NCBI GenBank assembly: GCA_033763905.1 | Contig: JANRJP010000089.1 | Span: 1 to 18,824 of the forward strand | Source: Gemmatimonadaceae bacterium | GTDB lineage: Bacteria; Gemmatimonadota; Gemmatimonadetes; Gemmatimonadales; Gemmatimonadaceae | Length of the DNA: 18,824 bases | Direction: 5' to 3' | Shown: positions 1-7,689 of the stretch, one piece after another | Layout: every line of letters begins with the position of its first letter | How positions within the stretch are numbered: position 1 is the stretch's first letter | Translations under genes and position numbers: made by a program | The notes under the pieces: model-generated | Told to the model about the DNA's origin: nothing | Databases searched by the model: none | The model's input: the letters and a program-made list of their open reading frames with translations, nothing else

Positions 1-2
1 GC

Positions 3-239
3 GCGAGCGTGCAGGAACCCGGCATCGTCCGCTTCGATGTGTTGCAGCAGGACGACGACCCCACGCGCTTCACGCTGATCGAGGTGTATCGCAGCGACGA
101 GGCGCCGGCCGCTCACAAGGCCACGCCGCATTACGCGGTGTGGCGCGACACGGTCGAGCCAATGATGGCCGAACCGCGGCGCAGCGTGAAGTCGCGTGCC
201 GCGTTTCCCGACGCGGCCCAGTGGGAGATGCCGCGCTGA
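3..239 (+). CDS. Antibiotic biosynthesis monooxygenase (ABM)/LsrG-like protein, 5'-truncated by window edge
   Basis: Frame open from position 3. [15 protein letters not shown]...FTLIEVY...[13 protein letters not shown] matches the EPG...E(V/I)Y...H..TPH pattern of ABM/LsrG-type proteins. Stop TGA 237-239. Confidence 0.85.
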   Translation, partial: ASVQEPGIVRFDVLQQDDDPTRFTLIEVYRSDEAPAAHKATPHYAVWRDTVEPMMAEPRRSVKSRAAFPDAAQWEMPR

Positions 240-1408
240 CGACCGACTACCGGCAGTGGACGCTGCGCGAGGTGTCGCTCGACACCGGCGTGGTGCAGAT
301 GGCGTCCAAGCCCGGCGTGCTGCTGCACGGCGAGCTCGATCCCGCGGCCCAGATGCTGGCCGAGTCCGTCGCCTGTGGTGCCAACGACGTGTTGCTGCAA
401 TTGCAGGGGGGCAACGGCCTGCTCGGCGTGATCGCCGCGCGCGCGGGGGCCACCGTGTGGATCAGCGACCGCCACTTGCCCGGCGCCGAGGCGGCCGAAC
501 GCACCCTGCGAGCGAACGAGGTCTCAGGTACGGTGTGCCACGGGATGGGCCTCGAGCCCTTCGCGGTGCCGCCCGCCCCGACCGTGGTGGCCATACGGTT
601 GCCGGTCGAGAAGTTCGCCGTTCGACAGTTGCTGCACGACGCGTGGCACGCACTGCCGGTGGGCGGGCGCTGCGTGGTCGCCGGTGCCAACGATGAAGGC
701 GCCAAGAGCGCCGCGCGAATGCTCGAGCGCGTCTACGGCGAGGCGACGGTCATCGCGCAACACAGCGGGCATCGCGCGGTGGCCGCGGTGAAGACCGCCA
801 AGACGCCGGCCGACGATACCGACATTCAGGATCCACGCTTCGCCTACGACGTGTTCCACGAAATGCCGGCGAACTTGCGCGGCGAGTCGCTGACGTTGGC
901 CTCCCGGCCCGGCGTGTTCTCGTGGGAGCACCCGGACGAAGCCACGACCCTGCTGGCCGACGCGATCGAGATTCCCGTCGGCGCGTCGGTGCTGGACCTG
1001 GGCTGCGGGAGCGGTGGGCTCGGCATCGTCGCCGCGCGGCTGTCACGCACCGGACGGGTCGTGCTCGTCGACGCCGACGCCGAAGCGGTGCGATCGGCCC
1101 GTCGTTCGGTGACCCTGGCGTCGGCGACGACCTGCGAGGTGATGGCCAGCGATGTGGCGGGCGCGGTGCTGGACGAACGATTCGACGTGGTCGTGACCAA
1201 TCCGCCCTTTCACATCGGCAAGGGCACGGATTTGCGGGTCCCCCGGCAGTTCATTGCCGACGCCGCGCAGGTGTTGCCGCGCGGCGGCACGCTCTGGCTC
1301 GTGGCCAATCGGACGCTGCCCTACGAAGGGCTGCTGCGCGACCAGTTCGCGCAGGTCGCGATCGTCCGCGACGAGCGGCGCTTCAAGGTGTTGCGCGCAA
1401 CGCGCTGA
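236..1408 (+). CDS. Class I SAM-dependent methyltransferase, RsmC/RlmG-like (two tandem MTase domains)
   Basis: C-terminal domain has [16 protein letters not shown] (SAM binding), TNPPFH (N-methyltransferase motif IV) and LWLVANR.LPY. N-terminal domain is a degenerate copy ([22 protein letters not shown]), as in RsmC. Start uncertain: CTG 236 or GTG 221, not 140. Confidence 0.85.
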   Translation: MTTDYRQWTLREVSLDTGVVQMASKPGVLLHGELDPAAQMLAESVACGANDVLLQLQGGNGLLGVIAARAGATVWISDRHLPGAEAAERTLRANEVSGTVCHGMGLEPFAVPPAPTVVAIRLPVEKFAVRQLLHDAWHALPVGGRCVVAGANDEGAKSAARMLERVYGEATVIAQHSGHRAVAAVKTAKTPADDTDIQDPRFAYDVFHEMPANLRGESLTLASRPGVFSWEHPDEATTLLADAIEIPVGASVLDLGCGSGGLGIVAARLSRTGRVVLVDADAEAVRSARRSVTLASATTCEVMASDVAGAVLDERFDVVVTNPPFHIGKGTDLRVPRQFIADAAQVLPRGGTLWLVANRTLPYEGLLRDQFAQVAIVRDERRFKVLRATR

Positions 1409-2102
1409 GTTCGGCGTCGGTGAGCAGCCGCCACTGCCCGAGCGGCAACTCGCCCAGGGTCACCGGGCCAATGGCCTCGCGATGCAGCGCCACGACGTGA
1501 TTGCCGCAGGCAGCGAACATCCGGCGCACCTGATGGTAGCGCCCTTCCGTCAGCGTGACCCACACCTCACGTGGCGACAGCACTTCCAGAGTCGCCGGGG
1601 CCAGCGGCGAGGGCTCGCCCTCGAGCCGGAACGTCCCGCTCGCGAACTGCGCCGCTTCGTCGCCGCGCAGCGGTTCGGCCAGTGACGCGCGGTAGCGCTT
1701 TGGCCAATGATGCCGCGGCGAGGTGAGCCGATGGTTGAGCGGTCCGTCGTCGGTCAGCAGTAGCAGCCCCGTGGTATCTCGATCCAGTCGGCCCACCGTC
1801 GCCATCACTGGATCACGCTGCAGGAACCTTGGTGGGAGCAGTTCGTAGACCAACGCACCGACATCGCGCGTCGACGACACATATCCGGCGGGCTTGTGCA
1901 GCATCACCACGCGCCCGGGTGCGGGGTCGAGCGGTTCGCCATCGACGCGCAGGGTGTCGTGCGGCGCCGTGTCGCCGTGCCGCAGCACGCGGCCGTCCGC
2001 GGTGGTCACCCGCCCGTCGGCCAGAAGCTGTTCGACGGCGCGGCGCGTGCCGTAGCCGAGGTTGGCGAGATACTTGGCGAGTTTGGGTGGTGCAGCAGGC
2101 AT
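1383..2102 (-). CDS. rsuA: rRNA pseudouridine synthase, RsuA family
   Basis: N-terminal S4-like segment (LAKYLANLGYGTRR), HKPAGYVSS, catalytic GRLDRDTTGLLLLTDDG, and EGRYHQVRRMF. Family is secure; orthology to RsuA rather than RluB/E/F is less so. Confidence 0.9.
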   Translation of the reverse strand: MPAAPPKLAKYLANLGYGTRRAVEQLLADGRVTTADGRVLRHGDTAPHDTLRVDGEPLDPAPGRVVMLHKPAGYVSSTRDVGALVYELLPPRFLQRDPVMATVGRLDRDTTGLLLLTDDGPLNHRLTSPRHHWPKRYRASLAEPLRGDEAAQFASGTFRLEGEPSPLAPATLEVLSPREVWVTLTEGRYHQVRRMFAACGNHVVALHREAIGPVTLGELPLGQWRLLTDAELSALRATP

Positions 2103-2124
2103 CAGCGGACCCGGGAGCCCAACG

Positions 2125-2170
2125 AAAAACCGGAGCTCACTTCGCGCCCATACGCGACGTGAACCCCGGT
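2125..2170 (-). terminator. Intrinsic terminator 22 nt upstream of the RsuA-family start codon
   Basis: Minus strand reads ACCGGGGTTCAC-G-TCGCG-TATGGG-CGCGA-A-GTGAGCTCCGGT-TTTT: a 12-bp stem (2 G-U), a G/A mismatch, a 5-bp stem, then a T run. Confidence 0.75.
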
Positions 2171-2216
2171 GATCTCGACCGCAGGCGCGGAGCGCCGGAC
2201 GGCCTCTGCGACGAGG

Positions 2217-2261
2217 TTACTCGCCGCTGGCGATCCGCGCCGTACGTAGGTCAGTAGACAA
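2217..2261 (-). CDS. Candidate 14-aa small ORF / leader peptide MSTDLRTARIASGE
   Basis: TTG at 2261-2259 lies 7 nt after GGAGG of the extended SD AGGAGGTGATCCA (2274-2262); stop TAA 2219-2217. Too short for the ORF track; translation unproven. Confidence 0.45.
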   Translation of the reverse strand: MSTDLRTARIASGE

Positions 2262-2274
2262 TGGATCACCTCCT
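2262..2274 (-). promoter_or_regulatory. Extended Shine-Dalgarno sequence, 13-nt complement of the 16S rRNA 3' end
   Basis: Plus strand TGGATCACCTCCT equals the conserved 16S 3' tail; minus strand is AGGAGGTGATCCA. Confidence 0.7.
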
Positions 2275-2307
2275 CGGTTGGCGGTGGATTGTTGGGGCGG
2301 ACTCCGG

Positions 2308-2316
2308 ATCGTAGCA
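2308..2316 (-). promoter_or_regulatory. Putative extended -10 promoter element
   Basis: Minus strand TGCTACGAT (TGn + TACGAT) about 34 nt upstream of the extended SD; no clear -35. Confidence 0.45.
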
Positions 2317-2366
2317 CGCGGGCGTTCCGACCGCTAGCGTTCGCCAGACCCCTACCGAGACTGCCT

Positions 2367-3065
2367 ATGCGCCGCATCCATACGCTCCTCCCCGCTCTGC
2401 TGCTCGCCACGCCGATGCTCACCGCCGCGGCCCAGGCAGCCGATGGATCCCGCGCCGTCGCGGGTGGTGGCATCAGCGTCCCCGGATGGGCTGGCGCCGT
2501 CGATGCCTCCGAGGCCAAGGCCGGGATGACGCTCACGAACGCCAAGTTCGCCGCCGAAGGCCGCGGCTTCCGCATCACCACCGGCCCCTCCACGACGTAC
2601 TGGAACACGGCCACGACGCTCAAGGGCACGTACACGGTGCGCGCCACCTTCACCGAGCCCAAGTTCCAGAGCCTGAACGATCATCCGCATCCGTATGGCG
2701 TCGTCGTCGCCGCCAGCGGCCTCGACGGCGCCGCGGGGCAGGCCCTCTACTGCGCCGCGTACGGCACGGGGACCTACATCGTGCGCGGCTTCGGTCCGGC
2801 GCCGTTCCAGGTCAGCGCCCGTCGTCCCACGGCGCATCCGGCGATCAAGCGTGCCGGCGGCCCCGGTGAGAGCGTGTCACAGGAGATCGCCATCAGCGTG
2901 ACCGACTCCCGCGTGAGCTGCAGCATCAACGGCACCGAAGTCGCGAGCTTCGCCAAGGCCGACGTGCTCGGCGACGGCAAGCTCAAGACCACCGACGGCT
3001 TCGGCGGCGTGCGCGTTGGGCACAATGCGGAAGTGATCGTGACCGGCTACTCGGCGGGGCGCTGA
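2367..3065 (+). CDS. Secreted hypothetical protein, predicted beta-rich
   Basis: ATG 2367 gives a typical signal peptide (MRRIHTLLPALLLATPMLTAAAQA). Mature part has short alternating strands and strong GC3 bias. Upstream TTG 2289 is unlikely. Confidence 0.8.
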   Translation: MRRIHTLLPALLLATPMLTAAAQAADGSRAVAGGGISVPGWAGAVDASEAKAGMTLTNAKFAAEGRGFRITTGPSTTYWNTATTLKGTYTVRATFTEPKFQSLNDHPHPYGVVVAASGLDGAAGQALYCAAYGTGTYIVRGFGPAPFQVSARRPTAHPAIKRAGGPGESVSQEIAISVTDSRVSCSINGTEVASFAKADVLGDGKLKTTDGFGGVRVGHNAEVIVTGYSAGR

Positions 3066-3068
3066 TCG

Positions 3069-5213
3069 ATGTCGGCACGTGCCCACAGCTGGCGGTTCTT
3101 TCGCGCGGGTGGCTCCGACCAGGTCGCGATCGAACGCGGGGCCGATCTCGCGCATCTCGACCAGCTCGATCCCAAGCTCTGGGTCGCGCTCGCCTGCCCC
3201 GTGCAAGGACTCGAGATGGACGAGCGTACGCTCGCCCTGCTCGACACCGACGGCGACGGACGGATTCGTGCGCCAGAGGTGATTGCCGCGGCGGCGTGGG
3301 CGGCAGCGCACGTGCGCAATCCGGATGTCTTGCTGCAGGGTGGCGACTTGGCCGTGGCGTCGATCAACGATGCCACGCCCGAGGGCGCCACCCTGTTGGC
3401 CTCGGCGCGGCGCATTCTGGCCGGACTGGGCAAGCCGGAGGCCGCCACGATCACCGTGGCCGACACGCTCGAAACGGCGACGGTCTTGGCCGCCACGCGC
3501 TTCAACGGCGACGGGGTGATCCCGGTCGAGTCGATCGACGATGCCGAGCTGCGCGCGGCGGCCGCCGATGTGGCCGCCACGGTCGGGACCGTTCTCGATC
3601 GCGCCGGTGTCCCGGGCATCTCGCAGCCGCTCGTCGACCAGTTCTTCGCTGAGGCCGACGCGTACGCCGCGTGGTGGGCGGCAGGTGAAGCGCAGGGCAC
3701 GGACACTTTTCCGCTCGGAGAAGCCACGGCCGCGGCGTATCACGCCGTGTCCGACGTGAAGGTCAAGATCGACGACTACTTCGCGCGTACCAAACTCGCC
3801 GCGTTCGATCCTCGCGCACTCGCCGCGGTGAACCGACAGGAAGTCGAGTACCTCGCGATCGCCGCGCAGGACTTGTCGATCTCCGCCGAGGAAGTCGCGG
3901 GCTTTCCACTCGCGCGCGTCGAGGCAGGGCGCGCGCTGCCATTGCGCGACGGCGTGAATCCGGCGTGGGCGGCCGCGATCGAGCGCTTCCGCGCGCTGGT
4001 GGTCTCGCCGATCCTCGGCGACGCCGCCGAGACGCTGACCGATGCACAGTGGGCGGCGGTTCAGGAGCGCTTCGCGGGCTACCAGCGTTGGCAGAGCGCG
4101 CAGGCGGGCGCCGCTGTCGCGTCGCTCGGACTGCCCCGCGTGCGCGCCCTGCTCGCGGGCGCCGCGCGTCGCGACCTCACGGCGCTCATCGCCCAGGATG
4201 CCGCGACCGAGCCCGAGATGGCCGCCATCGCCGCCGTCGAACGGCTCGTGCGCTTCCAGCGGGACCTCGTGCGCCTGCTGCACAACTTCGTGTCGTTCCG
4301 CGATTTCTACAGCCGCGAGCGGCCCGCCATCTTCCAGGCCGGCACGCTGGTGCTCGATGGGCGCAGCTGCGATCTCTGCGTCCGCGTCGGTGATGCCGGC
4401 AAGCACGCCGCACTGGCCGGGCTTGCCAAGACCTACCTCGCCTACTGCGACTGCACGCGGCCCGGCGGTGAGACGATGACGATCGCCGCAGCGTTCACCG
4501 ATGGCGACGCCGACAACCTGATGGTCGGGCGCAATGGCGTGTTCTGGGATCGCGATGGCCGCGATTGGGATGCCACGATCACCAACATCGTCGAGAATCC
4601 GATCTCGATTCGGCAGGCCTTCTGGGCGCCGTACAAGAAGCTGGTGCGCCTCATCGAAGAGCAAGTCGCCAAGCGGGCCGCCGCAGGACAGGACGCCGCT
4701 GACGCCAAGCTCGATGCCGTCGCGACCACTACCGCGAACGCCGAGACGCTGGCCAAGAAGCCGGCCGAACCGAAGAAGATCGACGTCGGCACGGTTGCCG
4801 CACTCGGCGTCGCCTTTGGCGCGTTGGCCACGGCCTTCGCGGCGATCGCCGGCTACATCAGCGGACTGCTCCGCCTGCCGTTCTGGCAACTGGTGTTGGC
4901 GGTGATCGGCTTGCTGCTCGTCGTCTCGACGCCCTCGATGCTCATCGCGTGGCTCAAGTTGCGGCAGCGCAATCTGGGACCGATTCTCGACGCGAACGGC
5001 TGGGCGATCAACGGCAGTGTCCGGATGAACGTCCCCTTCGGCGGGTCCCTCACGACCGTCGCGCGTATCCCGGCGAACGCCGAGACCTCACTCGCGGTGA
5101 AGTATCCGGAACCGCCGACAGTGCTGCCCCGGCTGCTGCTGTTGGCGGTCACGCTGGCATTCGCCTTGAGTGTGCTCGTGCACTTCAAGCTGTTGCCCGC
5201 CCTGAGCCGGTAG
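3069..5213 (+). CDS. 714-aa hypothetical membrane protein with EF-hand-like loop
   Basis: Long ORF 3 nt after the previous stop. DTDGDGRIRAPE fits the 12-residue EF-hand consensus. Three hydrophobic segments near the C-terminus; no signal peptide. Confidence 0.85.
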   Translation: MSARAHSWRFFRAGGSDQVAIERGADLAHLDQLDPKLWVALACPVQGLEMDERTLALLDTDGDGRIRAPEVIAAAAWAAAHVRNPDVLLQGGDLAVASINDATPEGATLLASARRILAGLGKPEAATITVADTLETATVLAATRFNGDGVIPVESIDDAELRAAAADVAATVGTVLDRAGVPGISQPLVDQFFAEADAYAAWWAAGEAQGTDTFPLGEATAAAYHAVSDVKVKIDDYFARTKLAAFDPRALAAVNRQEVEYLAIAAQDLSISAEEVAGFPLARVEAGRALPLRDGVNPAWAAAIERFRALVVSPILGDAAETLTDAQWAAVQERFAGYQRWQSAQAGAAVASLGLPRVRALLAGAARRDLTALIAQDAATEPEMAAIAAVERLVRFQRDLVRLLHNFVSFRDFYSRERPAIFQAGTLVLDGRSCDLCVRVGDAGKHAALAGLAKTYLAYCDCTRPGGETMTIAAAFTDGDADNLMVGRNGVFWDRDGRDWDATITNIVENPISIRQAFWAPYKKLVRLIEEQVAKRAAAGQDAADAKLDAVATTTANAETLAKKPAEPKKIDVGTVAALGVAFGALATAFAAIAGYISGLLRLPFWQLVLAVIGLLLVVSTPSMLIAWLKLRQRNLGPILDANGWAINGSVRMNVPFGGSLTTVARIPANAETSLAVKYPEPPTVLPRLLLLAVTLAFALSVLVHFKLLPALSR

Positions 5214-5228
5214 CGGAGCGACCATCCA

Positions 5229-5777
5229 ATGGCGTTTTCCGAGGACGCGCGCCGACTGCTCCGACACACGCTCGGCGCGTTGGCGTACCGCACGCAGAAG
5301 GCCCTCCGAGACCGACCGGACGGATTCGGCGAGTTCCGCGCGGGGCCGAACGTGCGCACGCCGCACGAGTTGCTCTGGCATATGACCGGCGTCATCGGCT
5401 ATGCCCGCACGTTCTTCCACGGTGGCGACTTCGCACCGCCGCGCGTCGCGACGTTGGACGACGAGATCCTGCGGTTTCACGACACGGTGGCGCAGCTGGC
5501 GGACGACATCGCGCATCGGTCGGACCAGTGCACGCTCACGGACGAGCAGTTGCTGCAGGGTCCGATCGCCGATGCCATCACGCACGCCGGCCAGTTGGCG
5601 ATGCTCCGCCGGCTGGCGGGCACGCCCGTGCCATCCGAGAACTTCATCCACGCCGACGTATCGGCGCAGAACCTGTCGGCCGATCAGCCTGCACCTCGGG
5701 CCCCCGACGGGTGGTGGCGGCCCGACCAGCCGCCGCTGCCACCGATGCCGCTCGGCGATGAGCCGCCGACCCTCTGA
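5229..5777 (+). CDS. DinB/YfiT-superfamily-like protein
   Basis: GGAG upstream. Helical pattern with RTPHELLWHM and ADAITHAGQLAMLRRLAG, typical of the DinB C-terminal H.GQ...LRR..G motif. Confidence 0.7.
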   Translation: MAFSEDARRLLRHTLGALAYRTQKALRDRPDGFGEFRAGPNVRTPHELLWHMTGVIGYARTFFHGGDFAPPRVATLDDEILRFHDTVAQLADDIAHRSDQCTLTDEQLLQGPIADAITHAGQLAMLRRLAGTPVPSENFIHADVSAQNLSADQPAPRAPDGWWRPDQPPLPPMPLGDEPPTL

Positions 5778-5808
5778 CGCCACCGTCTCACCCTTCGCCC
5801 CTCGACCG

Positions 5809-6030
5809 ATGACTCGTCGCCTGCAGACCTACGAAGGCCCCGGCATCACCGTCACCTTCGACCCCGAGGTGTGCACGCACTCGGCGATGTGCATCCGCGG
5901 CCTGCCCGGCGTCTTCGACGTCCGGCGCAAGCGCTGGATCGACATCTCGGCGGCGAGCCCCGACGAAATTGCGGCCCAAGTCGCCAAGTGCCCGTCGGGT
6001 GCCCTACAGGCCACGCGTACCGATCGATAG
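5809..6030 (+). CDS. Small divergent 4Fe-4S mono-cluster protein (YjdI-like)
   Basis: 73 aa from ATG 5809: YEGPGITVTFDPEVCTHSAMCIRGLPGVF...RWI...CPSGAL, with CxHxxxC and CPSGAL ligand motifs. Confidence 0.85.
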   Translation: MTRRLQTYEGPGITVTFDPEVCTHSAMCIRGLPGVFDVRRKRWIDISAASPDEIAAQVAKCPSGALQATRTDR

Positions 6031-6150
6031 CGGTCCACGCACCGGCCGGGCGCGCCGCGCGATCTGTGGCCGTGTGACAAACGCGCGGTTCGCGAGGTAA
6101 TGCCACGTAACCGGCATCTCGTCGGCCCTTCCTCGACCTGCGCCGCTCCG

Positions 6151-6576
6151 ATGTCTGTGCCGCTTCGCTCACCCGCGCTCCTGCTAGCAACGCTCCTGCT
6201 CGCGGCCGCCTGTGCCGATCCCACGGCGGCGCGTGTCGACCTGTCGCCGCAGGTGGTCGGCGCGCCGTCGGCCGTTGTATCGATGACAGTCGCCGACGAC
6301 AGCTTGGTGGTGCACAACGGCACGCGGTGGCCGGTGCACTTCTTGGCACTCGACGGCAACGTGGTGACGGTCGCGGCGATTGCCCCGTGCACGCGCACCA
6401 CCTGTCCTGGCGTCGCCGCACACAGCACCCGCGCGATCCCGCTGACGCAGGTGATTGGCTATCACAGTGGGTCAAGCAGCATTGTCGTGACCTCGTGGGC
6501 GATTGATCCGGAGACCGACCAGCGGATCGACCGCTCGATGCACGTCACGGTGCTTCCGCTCACGACGACGCGGTGA
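6151..6576 (+). CDS. Putative lipoprotein
   Basis: ATG 6151 gives MSVPLRSPALLLATLLLAAA-C21 (lipobox-like). Mature region is beta-rich with a CTRTTC pair. Stop overlaps the sigma start (GTGA). Confidence 0.65.
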   Translation: MSVPLRSPALLLATLLLAAACADPTAARVDLSPQVVGAPSAVVSMTVADDSLVVHNGTRWPVHFLALDGNVVTVAAIAPCTRTTCPGVAAHSTRAIPLTQVIGYHSGSSSIVVTSWAIDPETDQRIDRSMHVTVLPLTTTR

Positions 6577-7112
6577 CGCCAGAGACGTCCGCGCTCGTCG
6601 GTGCCGCACGTCGTGGTGATCGTGCGGCGTTCGCCGTGCTGGTCGAGCGCTACTACCCGCGCGCCCTGCGGTTCGCATCGCGGATGCTCGGAGACCCGTT
6701 GGATGCCGAAGAGGCCGTGCAGGATGCCTGGGTCCGGGTGCACGGGGCCCTGCCTCGGTTCGTCGACGGTGCGGCATTCGAGCCGTGGTTCTTCCGCATT
6801 CTGGCCAACCGGTGCCGGACCTCGAGCGGCAAGCGCGCCCGCTATGTCACCGTGGTCGTCACGGCCGACGTCGTCCCAGACTCAGCCGCGCCGGTCGCGC
6901 CCGACGACAGCTGGCGGGACGAAGTGCAACGGGCCTTGGCGCAACTCCCGGCCGAGCAGCGGGAAGCCTTTCTGCTGCGACACGTGGAAGACCTGAGTTA
7001 CGAAGAGATCGCCGAGGCGACCGGCATCGGTCTCTCGGCCGCCCGAATGCGCGTCAAGCGTGCCTGCGACGCCCTGCGCCTGCAGTTGACGGAGACTGCT
7101 GCCAATGACTGA
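6573..7112 (+). CDS. ECF (sigma-70 group 4) RNA polymerase sigma factor
   Basis: Region 2: GDRAAFAVLVERY, DAEEAVQDAW, FEPWFFRILANRC. Region 4: LAQLPAEQREAFLLRHVEDLSYEEIAEATG. Confidence 0.95.
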   Translation: MTPETSALVGAARRGDRAAFAVLVERYYPRALRFASRMLGDPLDAEEAVQDAWVRVHGALPRFVDGAAFEPWFFRILANRCRTSSGKRARYVTVVVTADVVPDSAAPVAPDDSWRDEVQRALAQLPAEQREAFLLRHVEDLSYEEIAEATGIGLSAARMRVKRACDALRLQLTETAAND

Positions 7113-7689
7113 CGATCGTGATCCCCTGACCGCTCGCGTGCGCGAGTCGCTCCTCCCGCTCCCCAGCGTTCGGCCAACGGCTCTGGCCGAGGTGCTCGCG
7201 CGCATCGACGCCCACGACACGCGTCGGCGGTCGCTGCCGTTCTCGCGCCGGTGGGCCACGGCCTTGCTCGCGGCGGCGGCCGTGGTGCTCGGCTTCGTCG
7301 GGCGTGGCGTGTTCGACGCGTCGGCCCCGTCCGCCTCGATTGCGACGGTACCGTCCGCCACCGCGGGAAGTGCATCTGGCGTGACCACGGCCGCCCGATC
7401 GGCCGGCCTGTCTCCCGGGATGGTGCCGGTGCAGTTCGTGTACGACGACGCCAGTGCCAACACCGTGCAAGTCGTAGGTGACTTCAACGGATGGGGCCGC
7501 GAGGTCGTCGCGATGTCCCGGGTGGAAGGATCCTCGGCGTGGACCGTTGTGCTGCCGCTGATGCCCGGGCGGCACTTGTACGCGTTCGTGGTCAACGACA
7601 CCCAGTGGGTGGCGGACCCGCGCGCGCCGCGGCATTCGGATCGCGACTTCGGGAAGCCGGAGTCGGTCGTGATGGTCGAGGCCCGCTGA
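7105..7689 (+). CDS. Putative anti-sigma factor: single TM helix plus C-terminal CBM48/AMPK-beta-type glycogen-binding domain
   Basis: Overlaps the sigma stop by 8 nt. About 50-aa N-terminus, then RRW + hydrophobic ATALLAAAAVVLGFVG, a Ser/Ala linker, and VQVVGDFNGW...WTVVLPLMPGRHLYAFVVNDTQWVADP...DFG. Confidence 0.85.
   Translation: MTDDRDPLTARVRESLLPLPSVRPTALAEVLARIDAHDTRRRSLPFSRRWATALLAAAAVVLGFVGRGVFDASAPSASIATVPSATAGSASGVTTAARSAGLSPGMVPVQFVYDDASANTVQVVGDFNGWGREVVAMSRVEGSSAWTVVLPLMPGRHLYAFVVNDTQWVADPRAPRHSDRDFGKPESVVMVEAR

Noticed and set aside
2262..2274. 16S rRNA gene or fragment (TGGATCACCTCCT)
   Set aside because: Only 13 nt match, and the upstream conserved 16S helix 45 sequence (GTAACAAGGTA...) is absent. 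Better explained as an extended SD on the opposite strand.
2102..2662. 186-aa minus-strand ORF ending at the RsuA-family start
   Set aside because: Mostly antisense to the secreted protein, runs through the terminator hairpin and has no motif. A short C-terminal product cannot be strictly excluded.
5401..5808. N-terminal extensions in the ORF track (5401, also 140, 2289, 7491, 12695 and 18782)
   Set aside because: They overlap neighbouring genes or regulatory DNA. Downstream starts fit signal peptides, SD sites or stop-start overlaps better.
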